This document shows, piece by piece, positions 51,926-61,685 of a stretch of DNA of 64,000 nucleotides. Numbering within the stretch: the first letter of the stretch is position 1; every line of letters begins with the position of its first letter. Location: assembly GCA_038884755.1 (NCBI GenBank), contig JAWABJ010000001.1:288001-352000 (forward strand). Direction: 5' to 3'. Source of the DNA: Candidatus Norongarragalinales archaeon. GTDB lineage: Archaea; Micrarchaeota; Micrarchaeia; Norongarragalinales; Norongarragalinaceae. The notes below the pieces were generated by a model. It was not told where the DNA came from. It saw only the letters and a list, made by a program, of their open reading frames with translations, and made no database searches. Both the position numbers and the translations under genes were made by a program.

Positions 51926-52279
51926 TTGAACGGTGTTTTGCGGTTGAAGGAAGTTGCTGCGAAGATAAGGGCGTTGGGCCTCGAAGGCATAAATCCGTTG
52001 TACGAAGTTTCCCCGCCGCAAAAGTCCAAGACGTTTCACTCTATTTCCGGAATCAAGAAGATGGATTTGCACTTCAAAAGCTCGAAGGAAGATTTTGTCA
52101 ACCGGGCTGCAAGCTTGGTTGAATTGGCGTTGGGTGAAGCGGGCCACGCGCAACACGTTGAATGCCAAGCGTTGAGCCACGAGGGTTCGAAAAACAGTTT
52201 TTACCTTTCGCTAGCCGCGCTGACGCCGGAAGGCAGGCGCCGCCTGCTCGATTTGGAGCGCAAGATAGTGCACCATTGA
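51926..52279 (+). CDS. Hypothetical protein
   Basis: 117-aa ORF filling the gap between glyA and thyX; start uncertain. Confidence 0.5.
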   Translation: MNGVLRLKEVAAKIRALGLEGINPLYEVSPPQKSKTFHSISGIKKMDLHFKSSKEDFVNRAASLVELALGEAGHAQHVECQALSHEGSKNSFYLSLAALTPEGRRRLLDLERKIVHH

Positions 52280-52283
52280 ACGC

Positions 52284-53933
52284 TCATCCGTATTTCTTCT
52301 GCACTTCTTCAATCCGCTGGTCGGTCTTTTTTTCCGCTTCAATGCGTTCCAGCCCGTATTCCTTCAAATCGACAAATTTCATCTGTCCAGCGAGGAAAGG
52401 CTGGACTTTTTCCAATTCCCGGTACATTTTCTGGCACACGCGCCTGTAATCAGGATGCCCCTGCTGTGAAGTGCGTAATTCAACCATGTGGTAGACCTCG
52501 CGCAAATTCATCTTGAAGTGCCACCTAATTTTGTACGCCAAAGGCACGACATACTGCGCTTGCTTGGGCATTTTTTCGGCTATTCGCTTGTACGCTTCCT
52601 CCGCGGTTTCAATTGCCTGCCTGAATTGCGACAACACTCCGCATTCGATTATTTCGTTCGGAATGTCGTAGCCGAAACGCGTGGAGAGCAATTGCCTTTC
52701 CTGCGAGAGCATTCGGTGGCGCTGCAAATCGCGATAGCCCCCGTAGTTCGAGAGGATGTCGAACGTGTAGTACGCATGTTCCAAAGCGCGGCCGGGCTTT
52801 TGCCTGCGGTTTTGCCTTTTCTGAACGTATTCCGAGAAAACCTTTTGCTTTTCCACTTCGCCCATGCTTGCGACTTTCTCGCGGATTTGCGGCAAAGGCT
52901 GGTGCGAGTGGGAATAGAAAATTGCGGAAACAATTTTGTCCAACGCGTCTTCGTCGTAATCCACGAGCGTAACCTCGCCCGCCTGCGCTGGTTCTTCAGC
53001 CAGCGTTTCCCGCGCAATTTTTTCGACCGAAGCGCGGGTTTCGCGCAAGTACTGCTGCGTTGCCTGGCCGTACTTGTCGTTGCTTCTCTTGACGAACGAC
53101 GGGATTACTTTCCCCAATTCCGAATTCAACTCCCCCGCGATGTTCCTCATTTCGCGCAAGTCGCTCGCGAACATTTTCAAAATCAAGTATTCGAACGAAC
53201 GCCCGTTACCGAAAACGCCCATGTTGGTGAGCGTGGCTGCTGGCAGCAAGCCGCGCAGGGAATCGCAAGCTTTGGCTTTGACTGCCGAATTGTAAGCCCT
53301 GTCGCTCACGCCTTCCTCTTGCGGAAAGCTTTCTTTCACGAACGCAGTCATCGGCGCGACCAGAGAAGCGTAAGTGTCGAACAAAAAATCGCACGCTTGC
53401 ACGTATGCGTCGGCGTGTTGCGATTGCATGATGTCCGGCTCGCGGTAGTACGCGTACTCGCCTTTCTTGTTTTTCTTGTCGAACCAAACGTAGCGCGTGC
53501 TTTTCTCCAGGGGGCTCATTCCGATTCGCGGCTCTTCCAAAACTTTCGAGGCGATGTTGGAAACGTTTTCGCACGCCACGTGCGCTCCGCCCAATTCAGC
53601 AACGCTGTCGTCGCCGTACCCAACGAGCACGCGGTCGTAAAACTCTTCGGCCTTGCGGATGGCTACGTTTTGTTCCACTCCCGAGCCGGTTTGAAAGCCG
53701 ACTATTTCCTTAAATCCCATTTCCGGCTTCAAAATGAATTCGTCCAAAAGCACGCGGCGAAGGCTTTTATCGGTGCGCGAGTAGCGGGAAAACAGAGCGC
53801 CTTTCACCACTTCGGGCAGGTTTTTCAAGGCGAAAATGCTTTTGTCGGTGTTAGTAAAAAAAGGCTCGATGAGCTTGAGCTCTTCGTCCGTAAACTCGTT
53901 TTGCGTGGGGGAGTCTAGAGTGATTTCAACCAA
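52284..53933 (-). CDS. thyX: Flavin-dependent thymidylate synthase, tandem (double-domain) type
   Basis: N-half YGDDSVAEL...LEKSTRYV...RGLLP; C-half RALEH...RDLQRHR...YVVPL...MNLRE...ELR...GHP. Confidence 0.9.
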   Translation of the reverse strand: MVEITLDSPTQNEFTDEELKLIEPFFTNTDKSIFALKNLPEVVKGALFSRYSRTDKSLRRVLLDEFILKPEMGFKEIVGFQTGSGVEQNVAIRKAEEFYDRVLVGYGDDSVAELGGAHVACENVSNIASKVLEEPRIGMSPLEKSTRYVWFDKKNKKGEYAYYREPDIMQSQHADAYVQACDFLFDTYASLVAPMTAFVKESFPQEEGVSDRAYNSAVKAKACDSLRGLLPAATLTNMGVFGNGRSFEYLILKMFASDLREMRNIAGELNSELGKVIPSFVKRSNDKYGQATQQYLRETRASVEKIARETLAEEPAQAGEVTLVDYDEDALDKIVSAIFYSHSHQPLPQIREKVASMGEVEKQKVFSEYVQKRQNRRQKPGRALEHAYYTFDILSNYGGYRDLQRHRMLSQERQLLSTRFGYDIPNEIIECGVLSQFRQAIETAEEAYKRIAEKMPKQAQYVVPLAYKIRWHFKMNLREVYHMVELRTSQQGHPDYRRVCQKMYRELEKVQPFLAGQMKFVDLKEYGLERIEAEKKTDQRIEEVQKKYG

Positions 53934-53992
53934 AAACCCACCTGTTGCCGTCAAGCGGAATAATAAAGCCGCAAATCATAATAAACGTTGCT

Positions 53993-55222
53993 ATGGCTTT
54001 TTCCTACTCGCAAGCCGTTGCTTTCCTTGAGGGCTTGGAAACGCCTGAAGAATGGCGTTTGGAAAGAATGCGCTTGCTAGCTCGAAAGGCGGAAATAAAC
54101 TTTTCACGCTTGCGTTTCGTCCATGTCACCGGATCGAATGGAAAGGGGAGCGTTTGCGCCATGCTCTACTCCATCTTGAGGCAAGCCGGGTTTTCAACCG
54201 GATGCTACACTTCACCCCATCTTGTAGACTGGCGCGAGAGGTTTTTGCTCGACGGAAAACTAATTTCGCAAAAAGAGTTCGCGCGGTTGTTGGAGCGGAT
54301 AATGCCTGCCGTTGCCGCAACTAAAGCAAGTCAGTTCGAAGCGCTTACTGCAATGGCATTGCTTTGGTTTTCGGAACGCAAGCCGGATTGGGTGGTTTGG
54401 GAAGTGGGTTTAGGAGGGAGGCTCGACGCGACTAACGTTGTCAATGCAAAATTCGCCGCAATCACTTCCATATCGCTCGAGCACACCGAGCGTTTGGGGA
54501 AAACGGTTGAAAAAATCGCTTGGGAAAAAAGCAAGGTAATCAAGCCAGGTGCTTTCGTCGTAACATGCAATTCGGGTCCGGCGTTGAAGGTCATAGAGAA
54601 AGAATGCAGGGAGAAAAACGCAAGGCTGGTTAAAACACGAACGCCTTTGCGAGTTGCCTGCAGCGCAAGCGGAACGAAGTTCGTTTATCGCGGGAAAACG
54701 TGGAAGGCGAGCTTGCTTGGGCTGCATCAGGCGGAAAACGCCGCTATTGCGATAGAACTTGCTAAAGCAATGGGCTTGCGCAGTTCCGCGATTGCAAGCG
54801 GGGTGGCTAACGCGAAGTGGCCGGGAAGAATGCAGATGCTCTCGAAAAAACCGCTCGTGGTTTTGGACGGCGCCCACAACCCCGCCGGAATCGAGGCTTT
54901 GGCAAATTCTTTCCAGAAAATTTTCGGCCCGCATCCAGTGCTGGTCGTGGGAGTAATGAAGGACAAGGATTGGCTCAAGATGGCCGCGATTTTGCAGCGC
55001 AAGCTCAAGCCTTCGGCGGTGATAGCAACTCAGCCAAAAGGCGGCAGGAGCTTGGACGCGGGCGTCCTGGCTTTGCGCTTCAAAAAACTCGGCTCGAAAG
55101 CTTTCGCGGAAAAGCACGTTGAAAAGGCAGTCGAAATCGCGATGCAGACGGCGGTTGAGGAAAAAAAGGGGGTTTTGGTTTGCGGCTCTCTCTACACCGT
55201 AGGCGAAATTCTCGCCAGGTAG
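53993..55222 (+). CDS. folC: Folylpolyglutamate synthase/dihydrofolate synthase
   Basis: HVTGSNGKGS, YTSPHL, EVGLGGRLDATN, WPGR, LDGAHNP, GSLY. Confidence 0.96.
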   Translation: MAFSYSQAVAFLEGLETPEEWRLERMRLLARKAEINFSRLRFVHVTGSNGKGSVCAMLYSILRQAGFSTGCYTSPHLVDWRERFLLDGKLISQKEFARLLERIMPAVAATKASQFEALTAMALLWFSERKPDWVVWEVGLGGRLDATNVVNAKFAAITSISLEHTERLGKTVEKIAWEKSKVIKPGAFVVTCNSGPALKVIEKECREKNARLVKTRTPLRVACSASGTKFVYRGKTWKASLLGLHQAENAAIAIELAKAMGLRSSAIASGVANAKWPGRMQMLSKKPLVVLDGAHNPAGIEALANSFQKIFGPHPVLVVGVMKDKDWLKMAAILQRKLKPSAVIATQPKGGRSLDAGVLALRFKKLGSKAFAEKHVEKAVEIAMQTAVEEKKGVLVCGSLYTVGEILAR

Positions 55223-55226
55223 GAAA

Positions 55227-57149
55227 TCACTTTTTCTTGGCGGCCTTGAGTTTCGCCTTGCCGGCTTTTTCGGTTTTGAGCTGTTTGAAATAGCGTTCGT
55301 GCAGCACTTCCCAGTTTTTCTCGCTTATTTCCCCTCGCATCAGAAGCTCGTCGAGCTTCTCGATTTTTTCGACTGCCGAAAGCGGTTCTTGCGCACCTCG
55401 CCTTTTCGACAGCCCGCGGACGAGCAACACCAGCAAAATCACGCCGAACAGCGTGAGGACCGCCAGGAGCACCACGCTCACGTCCGGCTGTTGGGGGAAG
55501 ACTTTGGTTTGGATTTTGAACGGTTCGCTTTCCTCGCCAGTTCCCGGAAACGAAATAGCCGGGGTTTCTTCCGACAGCGCCTGTTTCATCAGCGGAATGT
55601 TTTCTTCGAGCAGCGAGCTCAAGTGCTGGAGTTTGAGCGCATTTATCGTGAAAATGAATTCGTTAGTGCGGTTTGCCTGTGCGGTGCTGTAGAACGAGTG
55701 GATGAAATAATACCTCGCCCACACCGATTCCTTGAAGTCGTCCAAGTCTCTTTTCGAACGCAGGTTTTTGGAAAAGTCGCTGCCGATTTGCGTTTCGATT
55801 TTTTCTTGCGCTTCAGTCAGTGCTTTCGCGAACAAACCGTCGAACAGCGCCGTCGCATACTCCCCACGCTCGTAAGCGGAAACGGCGCCGGAATAATGCT
55901 GTTCGATTTCGGAATCAAGAAGATAGGACTGCGTTTGGTTGAGGGACTGTATCAAGTTCCAAGCTTCTTGCCTGACCGAATTTTGGTTGGCGTCAGTCGC
56001 GCCGCCGACGTTTTCGGCGATTTCGTTCATTTTCCTCGCCGCGTCCACCCAGTTTTTGGCGGCCACGTACTCGGTGTGAAGTTCGTCGATTCCGGCAAGC
56101 CCAATGTTTTTCTTTATGCCCTTGATTTTGTTCAAAGCCCAGTAATACCGAAGTTTCGCGCCGACGTTCCACTCGGCGTTTTCAACCGTCATTTTCCCGA
56201 AAGAGATTTTCTCCGCCTCGTCCTGCAGGTTTTGGACCAGCCGCATGAATTCAGTTTGCGTCGTGTTCTTGAGCTCCACGCTTTCCACCGAAAGTTTGGA
56301 AACGAAAACCAGGTTCGCCGCGGAGTAGTAATAACCCCTGCTTATCAAATACTCCGCTTCGGAAATGCTTTTGTTCACGCTTTCCTTCAGGATTTGGGAG
56401 TCTTCCCCTTTTTCCAATTCCTCCAGTTTCGCCTTCAAGACCGCAAGTTCGTCCAAAGCGATTTGCTTGAGCGGGTCGTTGGCCGGGGACTCGATTTTTT
56501 CCACTACCAGCGGCCCTTCCTCGAAAACCTGCGCTTCAACTTTCGAGCCGTCGCGCGTGAAAGCGTATTTTATCAAGTCCTTGACGTCCCTGACTTCGAC
56601 CACTTGCACCCCGAACTGTTCCGCCTCGAGGGCAATGTTCCTCCCCTGAGTTTTGCTCTGCCCTTTGGGAACCAAAAACAGCTTTACTTGCGTGCCCTTG
56701 AGCGAAAGGGCTTTTTCCAAAACGCCTCCCACCGTTCCCACGCTGCCGTCGCGTTCGATGCTTCCAGTAACCGCCAAATCGCCTCTCGGCTTGCGCTTCG
56801 TGAATTCGCTGTAAGCGAGCAAGGCCATTGCCGCGCCGCCGGAAGGCCCGTCCACAATCTGCGTTTGCGCTATCACTTTAAACAAAACGTCGTACTTGCC
56901 CAAGTTCACGCGGGCTTCGTCAGCTGCGATTTGCGCGGCGGTCTTGGCGCTCTGTTGCGTGTCGACCGAAATGAACGGCTCTATGTCTATGAACACCGCG
57001 CCGCTCCCGTTTATGATCCGCGCCTCGAACGTGGTCAAAACGCCCCTGCCGTTCGTGTCGACGGCCGGCGCTTTTATCGTGCTGAGGGCGAAAGCGCTGC
57101 TGGCCAGCAGCACCACGAAAACGGCGAAAAGCGAATTCCTCATTTTCAT
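55227..57149 (-). CDS. Secreted/membrane-anchored Lon-like S16 serine protease
   Basis: Signal peptide; VDGPSGG (Ser) and VGGVLEK (Lys) dyad; helical middle; C-terminal TM and SHOCT-like GEISE motif. Confidence 0.87.
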   Translation of the reverse strand: MKMRNSLFAVFVVLLASSAFALSTIKAPAVDTNGRGVLTTFEARIINGSGAVFIDIEPFISVDTQQSAKTAAQIAADEARVNLGKYDVLFKVIAQTQIVDGPSGGAAMALLAYSEFTKRKPRGDLAVTGSIERDGSVGTVGGVLEKALSLKGTQVKLFLVPKGQSKTQGRNIALEAEQFGVQVVEVRDVKDLIKYAFTRDGSKVEAQVFEEGPLVVEKIESPANDPLKQIALDELAVLKAKLEELEKGEDSQILKESVNKSISEAEYLISRGYYYSAANLVFVSKLSVESVELKNTTQTEFMRLVQNLQDEAEKISFGKMTVENAEWNVGAKLRYYWALNKIKGIKKNIGLAGIDELHTEYVAAKNWVDAARKMNEIAENVGGATDANQNSVRQEAWNLIQSLNQTQSYLLDSEIEQHYSGAVSAYERGEYATALFDGLFAKALTEAQEKIETQIGSDFSKNLRSKRDLDDFKESVWARYYFIHSFYSTAQANRTNEFIFTINALKLQHLSSLLEENIPLMKQALSEETPAISFPGTGEESEPFKIQTKVFPQQPDVSVVLLAVLTLFGVILLVLLVRGLSKRRGAQEPLSAVEKIEKLDELLMRGEISEKNWEVLHERYFKQLKTEKAGKAKLKAAKKK

Positions 57150-57219
57150 TGTTTAAACACCTTGAGCACAGGAGTAAAACTGTCTGAAAATTAATAAGAC
57201 TTGGGTTTAATTCAATCTC

Positions 57220-57513
57220 TTATTTGCCCAGCGTTTTCTTCAAGGCGCGGAATTCGTTCTCGTTCATCAGTATCTTTACCGTTTCCTTATTTCCCATCAA
57301 GTCGTAATACTCGAATTCCACTTCCACTTTCCCCAGCGACGCCTTCGCGACGTCGCGGATTGCGGAAACCATGTTCCTGCCGATTTTCCTTCCGAAAGCC
57401 GTCAAGTCGTCTTCGTTGATTTCAATCCTGCCGATCCCGTCTTGGGTGGTGTAAGAAAAACTCCATTTGCCTTGCTTGTTTTCCGCCATCGTCGTTTTCG
57501 CCTCGTTTTCCAT
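57220..57513 (-). CDS. Hypothetical protein
   Basis: About 97-aa ORF, beta-rich; start at 57513 or 57489. Confidence 0.6.
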   Translation of the reverse strand: MENEAKTTMAENKQGKWSFSYTTQDGIGRIEINEDDLTAFGRKIGRNMVSAIRDVAKASLGKVEVEFEYYDLMGNKETVKILMNENEFRALKKTLGK

Positions 57514-57607
57514 TACGCGCGAGAGTATAAAAAACTCTGGCTTCAAAATAATTCCACGTGTTTTTCACTATTTGGTGTATTAACCTGTTTGATTGGTGGT
57601 TTCAAGA

Positions 57608-59041
57608 ATGCAATTGACGAAAGTTCGCAACGCAGTTTACGAATTCCCAGCTCAAGGGGAAATGCGCGTGCCCCTGCGCGTTTACGCCCGCGAGGAAATG
57701 CTTCCTTTGCTGCAGAAAGACCGGACGCTGTGGCAAGCGCAGAACGTAGCCACGCTCCCCGGGATTTTAAGGGCTTCGTTCGTAATGCCCGACGGGCACG
57801 AAGGCTACGGATTTCCGATAGGCGGAGTAGCCGCATTCGACTTGCAGGAAGGCGTGATTTCCCCTGGAGGCGTCGGTTACGACATTAACTGCGGCGTGCG
57901 CTTGATTCGCACTAACCTCACTGAAAAAGATGTTAAGCCCAAGCTTCGCGAGCTCATCGAGGCGTCTTTCAAAAACATTCCTTCAGGCGTAGGCTCGAAA
58001 GGGAGACTGCGAATGGACGGCCGCGAGCTTGAAGACGCAGTTACGACCGGCTCTCCTTTCGTGATTGAAAAAGGGTACGGCGTGAAGAAAGACGCGGCGC
58101 ATACTGAAGAAGGCGGTTCGATGAAAGGCGCTGATTTCTCGAAAGTTTCGCATGAAGCGCGCAAGCGCGGCGCTCCGCAATTCGGAACGCTAGGAAGCGG
58201 AAACCATTTTTACGAAATCCAGCGCGTGGAAAGAATTTTCCCGGGCGCAGAGGAAATGGCCAAGGCATTCGGGATTTTTCAAGGGCAAATAACGGTAATG
58301 ACGCACTGCGGCTCGCGAGGCTTTGGCCACCAAGTGTGCAGCGATTACTTGCAAGTGATGCTTAATGCTGCGGCGCGCGACGGGATTAAGCTTGTCGACC
58401 GGGAGCTTTCGTCTTCTTACATAAAGTCTAAAGAAGCGCAAGACTATCTCGGCGCAATGCGTTGCGCGATTAACTACGCTTTTTGCAACAGGCAAGTGCT
58501 GACCCACTGGACTCGCGAAAGCTTTGAACAAGTTTTCAAGAAAGACTGGGAGGCGCTCGGGATGGACGTCGTGTATGACGTCTGCCACAACATTGCGAAG
58601 TTTGAAAAGCATGAAGTGGAAGGAAAAGAACGCGAAGTGTGCGTGCACCGCAAAGGTGCAACGCGCGCGTTCTGGGCGGGGCATAAAGACGTGCCTGCCG
58701 ACTACAGGCGCGTTGGCCAGCCCGTGATTATTCCCGGCAGCATGAACACTTCTTCGTATTTGCTGTGCGGGCTGCCCGGTTCTGCAGAGAGTTGGGGGAC
58801 GGTTTGCCACGGCGCCGGACGAGTAATGAGCAGGCATAGCGCAATCCGCGAGTTCAAAGGGACTGTGGAAAAGGAATTGCAAGACAAAGGCATTATTTAC
58901 AAAGCGCAAGACCGGCATCTGTTGGCTGAAGAGGCGGGCGGGGCGTACAAGAACGTAGATTTGGTGGTTCAAAGCGTCGAGGACGCGGGGTTGGCGAAAA
59001 TCGTCGCGAAAATGATTCCTCTAGGCGTAGTGAAAGGTTAG
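57608..59041 (+). CDS. rtcB: tRNA-splicing ligase RtcB
   Basis: MPDGHEGYGFPIGG, GYDINCG, GTLGSGNHF, HCGSRG, HNIAK, HRKGAT, HGAGR. Confidence 0.98.
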   Translation: MQLTKVRNAVYEFPAQGEMRVPLRVYAREEMLPLLQKDRTLWQAQNVATLPGILRASFVMPDGHEGYGFPIGGVAAFDLQEGVISPGGVGYDINCGVRLIRTNLTEKDVKPKLRELIEASFKNIPSGVGSKGRLRMDGRELEDAVTTGSPFVIEKGYGVKKDAAHTEEGGSMKGADFSKVSHEARKRGAPQFGTLGSGNHFYEIQRVERIFPGAEEMAKAFGIFQGQITVMTHCGSRGFGHQVCSDYLQVMLNAAARDGIKLVDRELSSSYIKSKEAQDYLGAMRCAINYAFCNRQVLTHWTRESFEQVFKKDWEALGMDVVYDVCHNIAKFEKHEVEGKEREVCVHRKGATRAFWAGHKDVPADYRRVGQPVIIPGSMNTSSYLLCGLPGSAESWGTVCHGAGRVMSRHSAIREFKGTVEKELQDKGIIYKAQDRHLLAEEAGGAYKNVDLVVQSVEDAGLAKIVAKMIPLGVVKG

Positions 59042-59044
59042 AAA

Positions 59045-59488
59045 ATGAATTGCGTTTTCTGCAAAATCGTTTCGGGCGAGTTCGATTCCGCGAAAATCTG
59101 GGAGGACGGAGAGTTCCTCGCAATCCTCGACTTGAACCCCAACTGCAAGGGAATGACGCTCGTGATGGCGAAAAAGCATTACGACTCTTACGCTTTCGAA
59201 ATGCCTGACGACGCTTACGCGCGGCTGATGGGCGCGTGCAAAACTGTAGGCAAGCTGCTTGATGCGAAATTGGGCACCGTGCGCACGGCAATGGTCATGG
59301 AGGGAATGGGCGTGAACCACGTTCACGTGAAACTCTATCCCTTGCACGGGATAGACCACGAGTTCCGCTCGATGGAAGCGAAAGAACGCGTTTTTTTTCC
59401 TGAATATCCGGGCTATATTTCCACGTTACTCGGCCCTAAAGCTGAATTGAAAGATTTGAAGAAACTGGCGGAAGAAATCAGGGAATAG
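59045..59488 (+). CDS. HIT family protein
   Basis: CVFCKIV N-terminus; VNHVHVKLYP (third His replaced by Lys). Confidence 0.88.
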   Translation: MNCVFCKIVSGEFDSAKIWEDGEFLAILDLNPNCKGMTLVMAKKHYDSYAFEMPDDAYARLMGACKTVGKLLDAKLGTVRTAMVMEGMGVNHVHVKLYPLHGIDHEFRSMEAKERVFFPEYPGYISTLLGPKAELKDLKKLAEEIRE

Positions 59489-59489
59489 C

Positions 59490-60383
59490 TTATTCGAATT
59501 CAACGCTGATTTTTTCTCTCAAGCGTTTGAAGAAAACATCGTTCCCAAACAATTTTTCAAACTGAGTTTTGTAGCCGTTGGTTATAACCCTAATTTTCAA
59601 ATCCACTCGGTTTTGCTTTTGTTTTATCGCATTGTAAAGCCAGTATGCGATTGAAGCAATCGCGCGTTCATTCCTGACGTTTCCGGCATTGTCAAAATCT
59701 ATTTCAACCGGAAACTCCTTTCCATGCTCTTCGCTTAGTTTAGAGTGAACGAGCGAATCCACGGGATGTAGGACTAGTGCGTGTGGCTTTTGCCCTTCCA
59801 AAAGTTCTTTTCGTTTTTTTGGAGGAAATTTTTGCCCTTCAACCACGAAAGACTCTCCGACAACATTCTCCAACCCTTTGCTTGCGGCAATTATCCTTAC
59901 CTTTCCGTCAGCCAAGTGAACTTGCCCGCTTACGAATGGGTTTCCAGAAAGTTTTCCGGCATGTTTTTTCGCCCTTTCCTCTGGGTTTTCTGCAACATCC
60001 CTAAAAACGTCGTCCCACTTCCAGTAGTGAGAATGAATGTAGTCTTTGATATTTCCGCGCGTCAAGCCCAACTCGTTTTCGAGGGTTTCAAGGATTTCCC
60101 CCTCATGATGAGTAACGCCTGTAGCACCGCAATCTGGTTCCAAGTGTGAGAGATTGACTTGAAGGCCGAACTTGTACGGGCCGCCCGGCAAGGGATGCGG
60201 TTCATTCCCCGCGTTATGCCCCAAGCTGATTTCAGCTCTTCCAGATATTGGAACTCCAACTGCGTTCAAGCCGCATAGCAGTTGTTTCAAAACACTTCCC
60301 CTTCCAACTACCATTCTTGAGTCGGAACAGCATTTGATTCGAACTTCCCTGAATTCCATATGATCTAAATTCACCTTTTCCAA
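59490..60383 (-). CDS. Hypothetical protein with beta-carbonic-anhydrase-like motifs
   Basis: CCSDSR, HNAGN, SHLEPDCGA; start at 60383 (TTG) or 60359 (ATG); AT-rich. Confidence 0.55.
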   Translation of the reverse strand: MEKVNLDHMEFREVRIKCCSDSRMVVGRGSVLKQLLCGLNAVGVPISGRAEISLGHNAGNEPHPLPGGPYKFGLQVNLSHLEPDCGATGVTHHEGEILETLENELGLTRGNIKDYIHSHYWKWDDVFRDVAENPEERAKKHAGKLSGNPFVSGQVHLADGKVRIIAASKGLENVVGESFVVEGQKFPPKKRKELLEGQKPHALVLHPVDSLVHSKLSEEHGKEFPVEIDFDNAGNVRNERAIASIAYWLYNAIKQKQNRVDLKIRVITNGYKTQFEKLFGNDVFFKRLREKISVEFE

Positions 60384-60492
60384 AAATTACAAACTCAATT
60401 TTGTCGGCAAATTTTTTAATAGTACCGTTCTTCCAAGCGAAATCGTTTAAAGCGGAAAGAAGCTTATTTTTACCGGTGGGAACATAGCCGAT

Positions 60493-61671
60493 TTGACTGC
60501 TCAATTAAATTCCCTTTCCTACAAAGCAGGATTTTCTTACGATTGGCACAAGACTTACGACGAGAATTACGACTCCGGACCGAAGTGCGGGCTAAGCGAA
60601 GAAGATTGGAGGAAAATCGATTCTTTCCGGAAAGAGCTTGATTCTAAACTGCCCAAACGCAAGTTCCTGGGCTTCACAGTAAACTCTACGCTAGGCATTG
60701 CCGCTGGGCCTTTGTTGAACCACAAATACGTCAATCACTATTACCGGCTGGGTTTCGACATGCCCGTGCAGAAAACCGTGCGGAGCGTTTTCACGAAAGC
60801 CCATCCTTTCCCGAACGTAATGCTAATCAACGTAGACCACCAGCTTTCAGACTCTGAAATAGGCTCGAGGACTGTCGCACGCCTGGACGCAAGACAAGAG
60901 AGGTTGAGCATCACGAACTCGTTCGGAATGCCTTCGAAAAGCGTGGAAGAGTGGACTGAAGACTTCAAGAAAACAACGCCTGCCGAAGGGCAGCTGAAAC
61001 TGATTAGCGTGGTGGGCACGCCTCCCTCGGCGAAGGGAAAGACGGGTTGTTCTTCGTGCGTTTCATCGAGCCATTCCGAGTTCCAGCATTTGGCTGAAGA
61101 TTTTGCTTCGCTTGCGCAGCTTGGTTTCGAGGGCGGCGCGCAGGCTGTTGAAATGAACTTTTCGTGCCCGAATGTCACAGGGAAAGAAGGGCAGATTTAT
61201 ACTAACGCGGAGTCGGCGAAAGAGATATGCAAAACCGCGCGAGAACAGGTCGGGAACGGAAAAAAATTAATCGTGAAGCTCGGCTTTTACAAGGATTACG
61301 ACAACATGGCTGGCGTGCTCGAAGCTGTTACGGATTACGCCGACGGCGTTTGTGCCATAAACACGATTCCCCTGGAAATAGTTGACGAGAACGGCGTTCA
61401 AGCGATGCCTGGGGAAGGGAGACTGCGCAGCGGCGTGTGCGGATACGCGATACGCGATTTGGCTTTGCGGACGATAAACGATTTTGCGGTAGTGCGCAAA
61501 AATCTCGGAAGGGATTTTGCGATAATCGGCGTTGGTGGCATTACGCAGCCTCAGGATGCGCTGGAGTTTTTCGAGTTCGGCGCGGATGCAATTCAAATAG
61601 CTACTGGCGCGATGTGGGACCAACTGCTGGGAATGAAAATAAAAACTCTTTTGCTTGAAAAAACTAGATAG
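60493..61671 (+). CDS. Dihydroorotate dehydrogenase-like FMN enzyme
   Basis: GIAAGP, QKT, NSFGMPS, EMNFSCPN, VKL, AINT, SG.CG, IGVGGI, QIATG. Confidence 0.85.
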   Translation: MTAQLNSLSYKAGFSYDWHKTYDENYDSGPKCGLSEEDWRKIDSFRKELDSKLPKRKFLGFTVNSTLGIAAGPLLNHKYVNHYYRLGFDMPVQKTVRSVFTKAHPFPNVMLINVDHQLSDSEIGSRTVARLDARQERLSITNSFGMPSKSVEEWTEDFKKTTPAEGQLKLISVVGTPPSAKGKTGCSSCVSSSHSEFQHLAEDFASLAQLGFEGGAQAVEMNFSCPNVTGKEGQIYTNAESAKEICKTAREQVGNGKKLIVKLGFYKDYDNMAGVLEAVTDYADGVCAINTIPLEIVDENGVQAMPGEGRLRSGVCGYAIRDLALRTINDFAVVRKNLGRDFAIIGVGGITQPQDALEFFEFGADAIQIATGAMWDQLLGMKIKTLLLEKTR

Positions 61672-61685
61672 GTGTTTTTCGAAAC

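Noticed and set aside
55299..57194. 631-aa plus-strand ORF (likewise 52488-53918 and 30366-31709)
   Set aside because: Antisense shadows of well-supported genes (S16 protease, thyX, ftsZ) with no recognisable motifs.
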